64,000 nucleotides of DNA from Nannocystis bainbridge (GTDB lineage: Bacteria > Myxococcota_A > Polyangia > Nannocystales > Nannocystaceae). The notes under the pieces are model-generated. The model saw only the letters and a program-made list of their open reading frames with translations. It searched no databases and was not told the origin of the DNA. Below, in pieces: positions 45,466-53,928 of this stretch; positions within the stretch are counted from its first letter, which is position 1, and each line of letters starts with the position of its first letter. Location: the NCBI RefSeq assembly GCF_028368995.1, contig NZ_JAQNDL010000002.1:673724-737723 (forward strand), given 5' to 3'. The translations under genes and the position numbers were made by a program.

Positions 45466-46430
45466 CCGGCGGCCCGCAGGACCAGCGCGCACCACTCGGC
45501 GAGGTCGCGGCGATCGATCAGGGTCAGGCCGGCGGCGGCGTAGGCCGCGAGCACTTCCTCGGCCTCTTCGCCGAGCACGCCGCTCAGGACCACGGCGCCG
45601 CCCGAGGCGAGGCGGCGCGCGACGTCGCCGGCGATCGGGATCAGCACGCCGGGGCGGATGTTGGCGAGGATCAGATCGAAGCCGCCCTCGAGCTCGAGCA
45701 CGGTGACGGCCCGGATCTCGAGCCGGTCCTCGAGCGCGTTCTCGGCGGCGTTCTCGGCGGTGGTGTCGGCCGCGTCGGGGTCGTTGTCGGCGGCGACCAC
45801 CGCGGCCTGCGGGAACAGCCGCGCCGCCGCGAGGGCGAGGATGCCGGAGCCGCAGCCGAGGTCGAGCACGCGGCTCGGGCGAGCGCCCGCCTCCGACAGC
45901 GCGACCAGCAGCTCGAGGCACAGCCGCGTGGTCTCGTGCTGGCCAGTGCCAAAGGCGCGGCCGGGGTCGAGGACCAACTCGAGCTCCGGGTCGCCGGGCC
46001 GACGATCGATCCACGACGGCCGCACCAGCAGCGTCGTCGTCGCGGCCGAGAACACCAGCGGCGCGTAGAACTGCTTCCACGTGTCGCGCCAGTCGTCGTC
46101 GGTGCGCACGGCCGGGGTCAGGCGCAGCGGCAGGTGCAGCTGCGCCGCGAGCCGCTCGACCTCGGTGACGAGGCCTTCGAGGCCGTCGGGCGTGGTGTAA
46201 ATGGTGAGCTCGGGGATCTCGCAGCGACTGCCGAGCGTCGAGGTGTCGCGCGTCTCGACCCCGGCGGCCCGCGGGTCCTCGGCGATGAGTGTCGCCAGCG
46301 CCTCGAGCCGCTCCGAAGCCTCCGCCACTTCGCCGAGCTCGATGCCCCCGGCGTCTTCGTCGGACCGGCCGCGGAGCTGGACCAAAAGCGTCGCCCACGG
46401 TTCGGCGGTCGTCTCTGCTGTCTCACGCAT
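45462..46430 (-). CDS. prmA: ribosomal protein L11 methyltransferase PrmA
   Basis: FGTGQHETTRLCLELL, VLDLGCGSGILALAA SAM motif, 322 aa. Confidence 0.8.
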   Translation of the reverse strand: MRETAETTAEPWATLLVQLRGRSDEDAGGIELGEVAEASERLEALATLIAEDPRAAGVETRDTSTLGSRCEIPELTIYTTPDGLEGLVTEVERLAAQLHLPLRLTPAVRTDDDWRDTWKQFYAPLVFSAATTTLLVRPSWIDRRPGDPELELVLDPGRAFGTGQHETTRLCLELLVALSEAGARPSRVLDLGCGSGILALAAARLFPQAAVVAADNDPDAADTTAENAAENALEDRLEIRAVTVLELEGGFDLILANIRPGVLIPIAGDVARRLASGGAVVLSGVLGEEAEEVLAAYAAAGLTLIDRRDLAEWCALVLRAAG

Positions 46431-46671
46431 CGCGCGGCAATATAGGCGAGTTCATCGCAATAGCGACGGATCAAATTGCATGCTCAATTACAAAAACGGC
46501 AATAGCTGGCAGTGGCCTGCGGCCCGCGGGCCTGTGCGCACTTTTTAACTTTATTCGCCTTGCCGCCTCTGCCATACCTCGGGGCCAGATCTGGGCGGCG
46601 CCTCCGGCGACGGCGACCCATGAGGGGTTGGCCGCGCATCATCCCCCGGGCGCTGCAAGAGGGAGAGGCAC

Positions 46672-46899
46672 ATGGTGGCATTTACGGGAGTCAAGGTGTT
46701 CTCGGCGACCAAGGCTTGGGAGCGCGAGCAGATCAGCGATCGCATCAACGAGTGGCTCGAGGCCAATCCGGGCGTCGAGATCGTCGACAAGGTGGTCACC
46801 CAGAGCTCCGACAGCGAGTTCCACTGCCTGACCATCACCCTGTTCTACAGCCGCCCGACCAGCCGTGCTGCCCACGCTCAGGCGTCGGCCGCGCCCTGA
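46672..46899 (+). CDS. small hypothetical protein (possibly dodecin-like), 75 aa
   Basis: Isolated short ORF in AT-richer divergent intergenic region; alternating hydrophobic beta-strand pattern (VKVFSATKAWEREQISDRINEWLEANPGVEIVDKVVT) loosely dodecin-like; weak. Confidence 0.3.
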   Translation: MVAFTGVKVFSATKAWEREQISDRINEWLEANPGVEIVDKVVTQSSDSEFHCLTITLFYSRPTSRAAHAQASAAP

Positions 46900-47093
46900 C
46901 GCGCGAGCCGCCGATCGAGCTTTTCGCCTCGCGAGCGCCGGCGCCTGTTTGCGTCGGCGTCGCGCTTTCCCCCGGTTCCGTGGGCTGAACGCTGCCTGGC
47001 GCATCACGCGCTCGGATCGCTGGTAGTGTCTTTCGGGACAGGTCCCTCGGGACAGGCGGCGGCGATGCTTGTCGCGCCGCCCGGCCAGCGGGT

Positions 47094-48119
47094 ATGGTGC
47101 CGGTGGCGATGGCACGAGGGCGGCTCAGCGTCGAGGCGTACGCGGCGGGGGTGCGAGCCGGCGATCGAGCAGTGCTGGCGCGGGCGATCACGCTGGTCGA
47201 GAGTCAGCGGGCTGACGACCAGGAGCTGGCGCGCGCGCTGGTGTCGGCGCTGCAGACGGAAGATCTGCGGACCGGCGGGGCGCTGCGAGTCGGCATCACC
47301 GGCAGCCCGGGGGCCGGCAAGAGCACGCTGATCGAGGCGCTCGGCCTGCATCTGGTGCGCGAGCTCGGCCGCCGCGTCGCCGTGCTCGCGGTCGATCCGA
47401 GCTCGGTGCGCAGCGGCGGCAGCATCCTCGGCGACAAGACGCGCATGCAGGAGCTGGCCCGCGAGCCGCGGGCCTTCATCCGCCCGTCGCCGTCGCTCGG
47501 CGAGCTCGGCGGCGTCGCTCGCCACACCCGCGAGACGGTGCTGCTGTGCGAGGCCGCGGGCTTCGACGTCGTGCTGGTCGAGACCGTCGGCGTCGGCCAG
47601 TCCGAGGTGATGGTCGCGCAGCTGGTCGACTGCTTCCTCGTCCTCATGCTCGCCGGCGCCGGCGACGAGCTGCAGGGCATCAAGCGCGGGATCCTCGAGC
47701 TCGCCGACATCCTCGCCATCACCAAGGCCGACGGCGACAACCTCGCCGCGGCCGGGCGCGCCCGCGCCGAGTACGCCCTGGCGATGCGCCTCATCCGGCC
47801 GAAGCACGCCGGCTGGTCGGTGCCGGTCGTCACGACGTCGTCGGTCACCGGCGCCGGCCTCGCCGCGCTGTGGCAGACGGTCGAGCGCCACCGCGAGGCC
47901 CTCCAGGCCGGGCCGGCGTGGCAGGCCCAGCGGGAGGCGCAGCAGGTCTACTGGCTGTGGCGAGCGATCGAGGCCGAGCTGATGCGCCGTTTCGCCGCCG
48001 ACCCCGAGGTGCTGGCCCGCAGGCCGGCGCTCGAGGCCGGTGTCCGCGCCGGCCGCGTCAGCCCCGACCACGCGGCCGCTGAACTGCTCGCGGCGTTCAC
48101 CCGCGCGTCGGGGCAGTAG
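47094..48119 (+). CDS. meaB: methylmalonyl-CoA mutase-associated G-protein chaperone MeaB/ArgK
   Basis: VGITGSPGAGKSTLIEAL P-loop, LVETVGVGQSE switch, ITKADGDN NKxD-like motif; 341 aa. Confidence 0.85.
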   Translation: MVPVAMARGRLSVEAYAAGVRAGDRAVLARAITLVESQRADDQELARALVSALQTEDLRTGGALRVGITGSPGAGKSTLIEALGLHLVRELGRRVAVLAVDPSSVRSGGSILGDKTRMQELAREPRAFIRPSPSLGELGGVARHTRETVLLCEAAGFDVVLVETVGVGQSEVMVAQLVDCFLVLMLAGAGDELQGIKRGILELADILAITKADGDNLAAAGRARAEYALAMRLIRPKHAGWSVPVVTTSSVTGAGLAALWQTVERHREALQAGPAWQAQREAQQVYWLWRAIEAELMRRFAADPEVLARRPALEAGVRAGRVSPDHAAAELLAAFTRASGQ

Positions 48120-48139
48120 CGGTTCCATATTAAAGAGAG

Positions 48140-48237
48140 GACATGTTCCGAGGGGCATGTCCTGGCGGGCATGTTCGAATGGGCATGTTTTATCAGCCAT
48201 GTCTTGAAGGGCATGCTTATTGCGACATGTTCCTCGC
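48140..48237. repeat. array of 7 units of the 14-bp repeat
   Basis: gacatgttccgagg / ggcatgtcctggcg / ggcatgttcgaatg / ggcatgttttatca / gccatgtcttgaag / ggcatgcttattgc / gacatgttcctcgc; starts 21 bp after meaB stop. Confidence 0.9.
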
Positions 48238-48654
48238 CCAGTGCTCGGTTCGAGCGAGAGGGGTGCTTGCGACCGGCACTTGGCGCTCGCAGCGAGAGTC
48301 GGCCGGTCGCAATCGCGGTGGAGCGGGGCGCTCGGCCTCCGCAAGTGCGAGCACGGCCGCGCTAGCCTCGGCTCGCGGGCGTGCGCTGGGGGCCAATTTC
48401 GGTCGCGGGCGTCTCTCGTCGATGTGGCGAGACGTTCGGCGAACGCGGCGATCTCGGTGAGCTTCGCCCTGCGGATCGGCTTGCATGCGAGCTGCCGTGT
48501 CGCGCGTCGTGATGACTCGCTGGGCCGAGCGGCCGCGGGGCCCTGCGATTTCCTCATGGCCCGTCGACTTCCTGGCGGCCTTTCGAGAACCACCGCGTCT
48601 TCACGCTGCGCCGATCTGTGCGCAGCGAGGCCGGCCGCCGTATCATGCCCCGGT

Positions 48655-50050
48655 GAGCGTCGACATCGACCGGTTGCTCGAGCTGTTCCGCCGTCACCTC
48701 CCGCTGCGCGCCGGGTCCGTCGAGGTCGCGTTCGCCTCCGAGGTTGAGCCGCCGGTGTGGCGCAACGAGGCGGGGTACCCGGTCGTCGCGTTGCGGCTGA
48801 CGACGTTCGACCCGGACGACGGCGTCGTGCCGCTCGACATCAAAGCGCAGGAGGTGTGCATCGGCGACGACCGGGAGCACCCGCCCGAGCGCTGGCTGGC
48901 GTTCGTCGAGGGGCACCTGCGGGCGATGCCCGCGATCCTCGGGCACGTCGAGGAGTCGGACACGCTGATGCCCTCCGATCTGTTCGTGTACGAGGCCGTG
49001 CTCACCGACGCCGGGCTGCAGCGGGCCGACGAATTTGCCGCGGCGCTGCGCGATCCGGTCCGCCTCGCCGCGATGCAGGCGGCCGCGGGTGAGGCCGAGT
49101 GGCGTGAGCGGCTGGAGCCGCTCGGTCTCGCCGAGCACGTCGCCGAGGTGCGCGCCATGGCCCGCCCGTCGATCCGCCTGCACCTGTCCCGCGTCGAAGG
49201 GGAGGACGAATACGACGACGAGGATGACGAGGACATCGACGACACCGAGAACACCGACGCCGTCGACGATGCGACCTGTCCAACCGGCCAGACGCGCCTG
49301 GGTGGCGACCCCGACCTGCCGCCCGAAATGCCGTGGCCCGAGGTCGACGGCGTACCGTTGACCTTCGTCGCCCAGTTCGACCTCGCCGGGCTGGCGCGCC
49401 GCGACGCCGCCAGCGAGCTGCCCGCGAGCGGCCTCCTGAGCTTCTTTTACGCCCCGAGCCCCCCCGACGGCGTGCGCGGCCACCCCGTGCGGGTGCTCCA
49501 TCTCACCGACCTCGATACGCTGGTGCACCGCCCGGCCCCCGCGGCCGTCGAGCGGCTCGCCGCGTACGACATCGACACCGCGGACGAGCTGCAGTACCCG
49601 GGCGTCGACAGCCACTTCTTCTACGAGGCGCTGTTGCCCGAGGCGCGCATCCTCGAGGGCCATCGTCAGCGGCAGCAGGGCGAGGGGGGCGAGCTCGTCC
49701 CGTTCAACCCGCTCGCGTGCTTCATCGCCGAGTCCGAGCAGCTCGACGCATTCGAGCGGCCGACCCACCGCCTGCTCGGGCACCCGTCGGCGATCCAGGG
49801 GGACCCGTACCTCGACGTCGAGATCGATACCCGCCCGCAGGGCTGGGACGGCTGGGAGGACGGTTCCCACGAGGCGCTGCAGGTCCGCCGGCGATCGCTG
49901 CGCTGGCGGCTGCTGCTGCAGATCGACGCCCAGGAGCACGGCGGCCCGCTGCTCAACCAGGACGGCGGCTTTTTCTATTTCTGGCTCCCCGCCGACGCCC
50001 TGGCCGCCCACGACTGGTCGCAGGCGCGCGGGTCCCTGCAGTGCCACTGA
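48655..50050 (+). CDS. DUF1963 (YwqG-like) domain protein
   Basis: C-terminal half: CPTGQTRLGGDPDLPPEMPWPEVDGVPLTFVAQFDLAGL...LPASGLLSFFY matches DUF1963 pattern; acidic DE-rich linker; start uncertain (GTG about 48655; ORF open from 48485). Confidence 0.55.
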
Positions 50051-50061
50051 GGCTGGAGCTC

Positions 50062-50160
50062 CGGGACATGTCCGGGAGAGCATGTCCGATGGGTCATGCT
50101 CTCGCGGACATGCACCGATGGACATGCCTGAGAGGACATGTCCGGAGCGACATGCCTCGC
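50062..50160. repeat. array of 7 units of the 14-bp repeat
   Basis: gacatgtccgggag / agcatgtccgatgg / gtcatgctctcgcg / gacatgcaccgatg / gacatgcctgagag / gacatgtccggagc / gacatgcctcgcta; fills convergent gap between DUF1963 gene and MATE gene. Confidence 0.9.
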
Positions 50161-50169
50161 TAGACGGCG

Positions 50170-51585
50170 TTACGCCGCCGTGCCGCGGCCGGTGAGGTCG
50201 ATGCGGCGCCAGGCGCCGGAGCGGAAGCGCAGCACCATCGCCGCCGCCAGCGCCACCATGTACACCACCATGCTCCACGTCGCGGCCGCGGCGCCGCCGT
50301 CCCAGGTGAACACGGTCAGCCAGGCCAGCGGCAGCCAGATCACCCAGGCGAGGGAGATCCGCAGCACCAGCGGCCAGGCGGTGTCGCCGGCGGCGCGCAG
50401 GGCCTCGTTCACGGTGATGACGGTGGCGTCGAGCAGCTGCCACACCGCGCTGATCGCCAGCAGCTGGGCCCCGAGCTCGACGACCGCGCGCGACGACTCG
50501 ACCTCGTCGCGCGCGAACACCATCATCAGCGGCACCGGGATGGCGAAGTAGAGCAGGCCGACCACGCCTTGCCAGGACGCCGCGACCGCGAAGGTGCGCA
50601 GCACGATCCGCGGCACGTGGTCGTGGTGGCCGGCGCCGATCGCCTGGCCGACCAGCACCGCGCCGGCCGAGCCGAGCCCGAACGCCGGCATGAACGAGAC
50701 CGAGTTGACGGCCGTCACCGCCATCAGCGCCGCGACCGCGACGGTCCCGAGCTCGGCGACCACGAGGTTGATGAAGATCAAAAAGGCGGCGAACTCGAGG
50801 AACCAGTTGAGGCCGTTGGGCAGGCCGAACCGCATCATCCGCGCGAACTCGCGGACGCCCAGGCGGCCGTCCTGTCTGTCCGAAAGGACAGGTACGGGGT
50901 GCTCGACGGGGCCGACGGTCGCGGGGTCGATGGTCCGCTGGTGGCGCGCGCGCCAGAACGCGTGGCAGCAGACGGCGAAGCCGGCGACGCTGGCGAGCAC
51001 GCTGGCCCACGCGGCGCCCTGGACCCCGAGCGCGGGGGCGCCGAGGTTGCCGTAGATCAGCACCCAGTTGAGGGCGAGGTTGACGACCATCGCCGTCAGG
51101 CTGGCGCGCATGGCCACCCGGGTGTCGCCGAGGCCGGCGAACCAGTTGCCGAGCGCCTCGGTGCCGACGACCACGCCGGTGCTGAGCATGCGGATCGCCA
51201 TGTACTCGCCCATCACCTCGCGCACCGCCGGCGCGTGGCCGGTGAGCGCGAGGACCGGCGCGATCGCGGGGATGATGGGCAGGGCGGCGAGCATCGCCAG
51301 GCCGGCCAGCGCCAGGCCGTACCAGGCGTAGCGGCGGGCGCTGGCGAGGTCGCCCTGACCGGCGAGCTGGGCCGCGTAGCTCTGGACGATGAACGTGATG
51401 CCCATCGGCAGGATGAGGATCCCGAGCGCGTTCATGGCCCCGGTGGTGGCCGCCGCGAGCGCGTCGTCGCCGAGCGGGGCGACCATCGCGGCGTCGCTGA
51501 AGCTGATCACCGACTGCGCCGAACGTGCGAGCACGATCGGCCAGGCGAGGGTGATGAGCGCGCGGAGTCCAGGGACCGGGGCCAT
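50170..51585 (-). CDS. MATE family efflux transporter
   Basis: Start MAPVPGLRALITLAWP (51585); 12 predicted TM segments, MATE N- and C-lobe pattern; upstream part of ORF 50170..52638 is an artifact overlapping pgi. Confidence 0.8.
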   Translation of the reverse strand: MAPVPGLRALITLAWPIVLARSAQSVISFSDAAMVAPLGDDALAAATTGAMNALGILILPMGITFIVQSYAAQLAGQGDLASARRYAWYGLALAGLAMLAALPIIPAIAPVLALTGHAPAVREVMGEYMAIRMLSTGVVVGTEALGNWFAGLGDTRVAMRASLTAMVVNLALNWVLIYGNLGAPALGVQGAAWASVLASVAGFAVCCHAFWRARHQRTIDPATVGPVEHPVPVLSDRQDGRLGVREFARMMRFGLPNGLNWFLEFAAFLIFINLVVAELGTVAVAALMAVTAVNSVSFMPAFGLGSAGAVLVGQAIGAGHHDHVPRIVLRTFAVAASWQGVVGLLYFAIPVPLMMVFARDEVESSRAVVELGAQLLAISAVWQLLDATVITVNEALRAAGDTAWPLVLRISLAWVIWLPLAWLTVFTWDGGAAAATWSMVVYMVALAAAMVLRFRSGAWRRIDLTGRGTAA

Positions 51586-51629
51586 GGGCGCGGGAGGATA
51601 CTCGCTCGCGCCCGCGACGTCTCGGCGCG

Positions 51630-53216
51630 TCAGGTCGCGCGCGCGAACTGAGCCGTCGCCGGATCGACGAGGCTGTCGACGCTCACGCGCCCGTTGCTGG
51701 CGAGGTGTCGCAGCACTTGCCACACGGCCACCGGGTCGGTGCCGAGCGCGTCGGCGAGCTCGCGGCAGGTCTTGCCTCCGGAGCCGGGCAGCGCCGCCAG
51801 CACCGCCGTCTGCAGCACGAGCACGCCCTGGGCGGCCTTTTTGCCGGCCTCGACGCCGGGCTGGTGGTACGCGTTGACGTCGATGAGCTCGGCGTAGATC
51901 CCGACGGCGCGCTCGAACAGCGCGATCAAGGCGCCGACCGAGGTCGCGCTGACCTCGCGCAGGACGATCGTCGCGCTGGCCCGACCGCGCTCGGCGAGGG
52001 CGGCGCGGGTGCCCTGATAGAAGCCGTCGAGGCAGTCGCCCGAGCTCACCTGCGGCTCGACCTCGACGGCGCCGGGGCCGTTGGCCGGGCCGTCGAGATC
52101 GCGGAGCACCCGCACGAACACGGCGAAGAAGTTGTGGAGGCCGTCGCGCAGCTGCTGCACGTAGGCGTGCTGGTCGGTCGAGCCCTTGTTGCCGTAGACG
52201 GCGAGGCCCTGCCACACCTCGCGCCCCTGGCGATCGAGGCGCTTGCCGAGCGACTCCATCACGAGCTGCTGCAGGTAGCGCGACATCAGCGACAGGCGAT
52301 CCTTGTATGGCAAAATGACCATGTCCCGAAGGCCATGTCCGGAGCCCTGCTGATGCCACATCCAGGCCAGCAGGGCGGCGGGGTTGCGCCGCGCCGGGCG
52401 CACGCGGCCCCACTGGTCCATGGCCGCGGCGCCGCGCAGGAGGGCGCGCCAGTCGTGGCCGAGCAAGGCGGCGGGCAGGAGGCCGACGGGCGAGAGGACG
52501 CTGGTGCGGCCGCCGACCCAGTCCCACATCGGGAAGCGGGCGAGCCAGCCCTCGCGCTCGGCGAGCTGATCGAGGGTGCTGCCCTCGCTGGTGATGGCGA
52601 TCGCCCGCTTCGGGAATTCGATGGCCTGGCGGGCGCAAGCGGCCCGCAGCTCGAGCATGCCGTTACGCGTCTCGACGGTGGAGCCCGACTTGGAGACGAC
52701 GAGGATCAGGGTCTGCGCGAGCGTACCTGTCTCTGCGAGCAGGTCGGCGATGCCGGCGGGATCGGTGTTGTCGAGCACGCGCAGGCTGAAGCCGGGGCCG
52801 CTGTCGCGCGCGGTGAGGGCAGCCTCGAGCAGCTGCGGGCCGAGAGCGCTGCCGCCGATCCCGACGAGGATGGCGCCGGTGAACGGGCGGCCGTCGTCGG
52901 CGAGGATCTGGCCGCCGCGCACGCCCTCGGCGAAGGCTTCGATCTGGTTCCAGCTGGCCTGGATGGCCTGGGAGAGCGCGGGATCGGGGGCGCGCTCGGG
53001 GTCGCGGAGCCAGTAGTGGCCGACCATGCGCCCCTCGTCGACGTTGGCGACGGCGCCGCCCTCGATCCGGTGAAGAGCGTCGAGCGCAGCCTCCAGCCGC
53101 GCGGCATTGGCGGTCAAGGCGGGCTCGTCGAGCTGGGCGTCGGCGAAGTCGAGCTCGATGTCGAGTTCGCCACGGTAAAGGCGCCAGGTGAGGTAGTGGT
53201 CGAGTGGGTCGGCCAT
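51630..53216 (-). CDS. pgi: glucose-6-phosphate isomerase
   Basis: Start MADPLDHYL (53216); PGI signatures ILVGIGGSALGP, VVSKSGSTVET, GGRTSVLSPVG; contains an internal in-frame copy of the repeat at 52318..52346 (GSGHGLRDM). Confidence 0.85.
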   Translation of the reverse strand: MADPLDHYLTWRLYRGELDIELDFADAQLDEPALTANAARLEAALDALHRIEGGAVANVDEGRMVGHYWLRDPERAPDPALSQAIQASWNQIEAFAEGVRGGQILADDGRPFTGAILVGIGGSALGPQLLEAALTARDSGPGFSLRVLDNTDPAGIADLLAETGTLAQTLILVVSKSGSTVETRNGMLELRAACARQAIEFPKRAIAITSEGSTLDQLAEREGWLARFPMWDWVGGRTSVLSPVGLLPAALLGHDWRALLRGAAAMDQWGRVRPARRNPAALLAWMWHQQGSGHGLRDMVILPYKDRLSLMSRYLQQLVMESLGKRLDRQGREVWQGLAVYGNKGSTDQHAYVQQLRDGLHNFFAVFVRVLRDLDGPANGPGAVEVEPQVSSGDCLDGFYQGTRAALAERGRASATIVLREVSATSVGALIALFERAVGIYAELIDVNAYHQPGVEAGKKAAQGVLVLQTAVLAALPGSGGKTCRELADALGTDPVAVWQVLRHLASNGRVSVDSLVDPATAQFARAT

Positions 53217-53830
53217 GTCGGGGCGCTTTATAGCAGCGTCGGGGGCGGCTGGGCTCGTGCTCGGCGGGGCTGTTCGCTTGCTCGGTGGGCTGAGGTCGGT
53301 CGGAGCGCTGCAGAGCGGCTGGGTTCGCGAACTGCCGGTGCCGCCTCGCGGGCGGTCAGGGACGCGGGTCGGCGCCCAGTCCTCGCGGATGCTCCCTCCT
53401 TCGTCGGGCGCATCTCGCTGCGGATGGGCGCCGACCCGCGTCCCCGACCGCTGCACGGCTGGCCTCGTGGGTGGCTCGAGCGCCGGTCGTCGGCTTCGAC
53501 GTGGGGCCTGGACTCCGCGGTGTGGCTTTCCGTGGGATGGCCGGCCGGGGCCGGCCGGCCATCCCGCGGACCTCTGGGCGAACTATCCGGCGCTCGTCGA
53601 GGCGCGACGGGCCTGCGCGACGCGAGGGTCGTCTGCGTCGCGGCGGACCTCCGGTGGCGGGGCTCGTTCGCGAGAGATCGTCGGTTGCGGGGCTCAACTT
53701 CGCTGCGATACGCGTCCGCGATGCAGAGGCCCGTCCGCGTTGCGGAGCCCATCAGCGGCGTGGGGGCTCGTCGCGCTACGTCGGGGAGGGGCGCTCGCCG
53801 GCTGCGCTCGCTGTGAGAGGTGGCCTCATG

Positions 53831-53914
53831 TACATGTCCTTTGGAGAATGTTCCAAGGGACATGTCTGCGAGGACATGGTGGAAAGAGCATGCTCAAAAG
53901 AGCATGTCCTCGGG
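53831..53914. repeat. array of 6 units of the 14-bp repeat
   Basis: tacatgtcctttgg / agaatgttccaagg / gacatgtctgcgag / gacatggtggaaag / agcatgctcaaaag / agcatgtcctcggg; directly downstream of UDPGP gene stop. Confidence 0.9.
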
Positions 53915-53928
53915 TGAGTCGTGGACGA

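Noticed and set aside
48140-48237. CRISPR array
   Set aside because: Repeat unit is only 14 bp with a 4-bp variable part and no unique spacers of 25-40 bp, and no cas genes; many dispersed loci rather than one array
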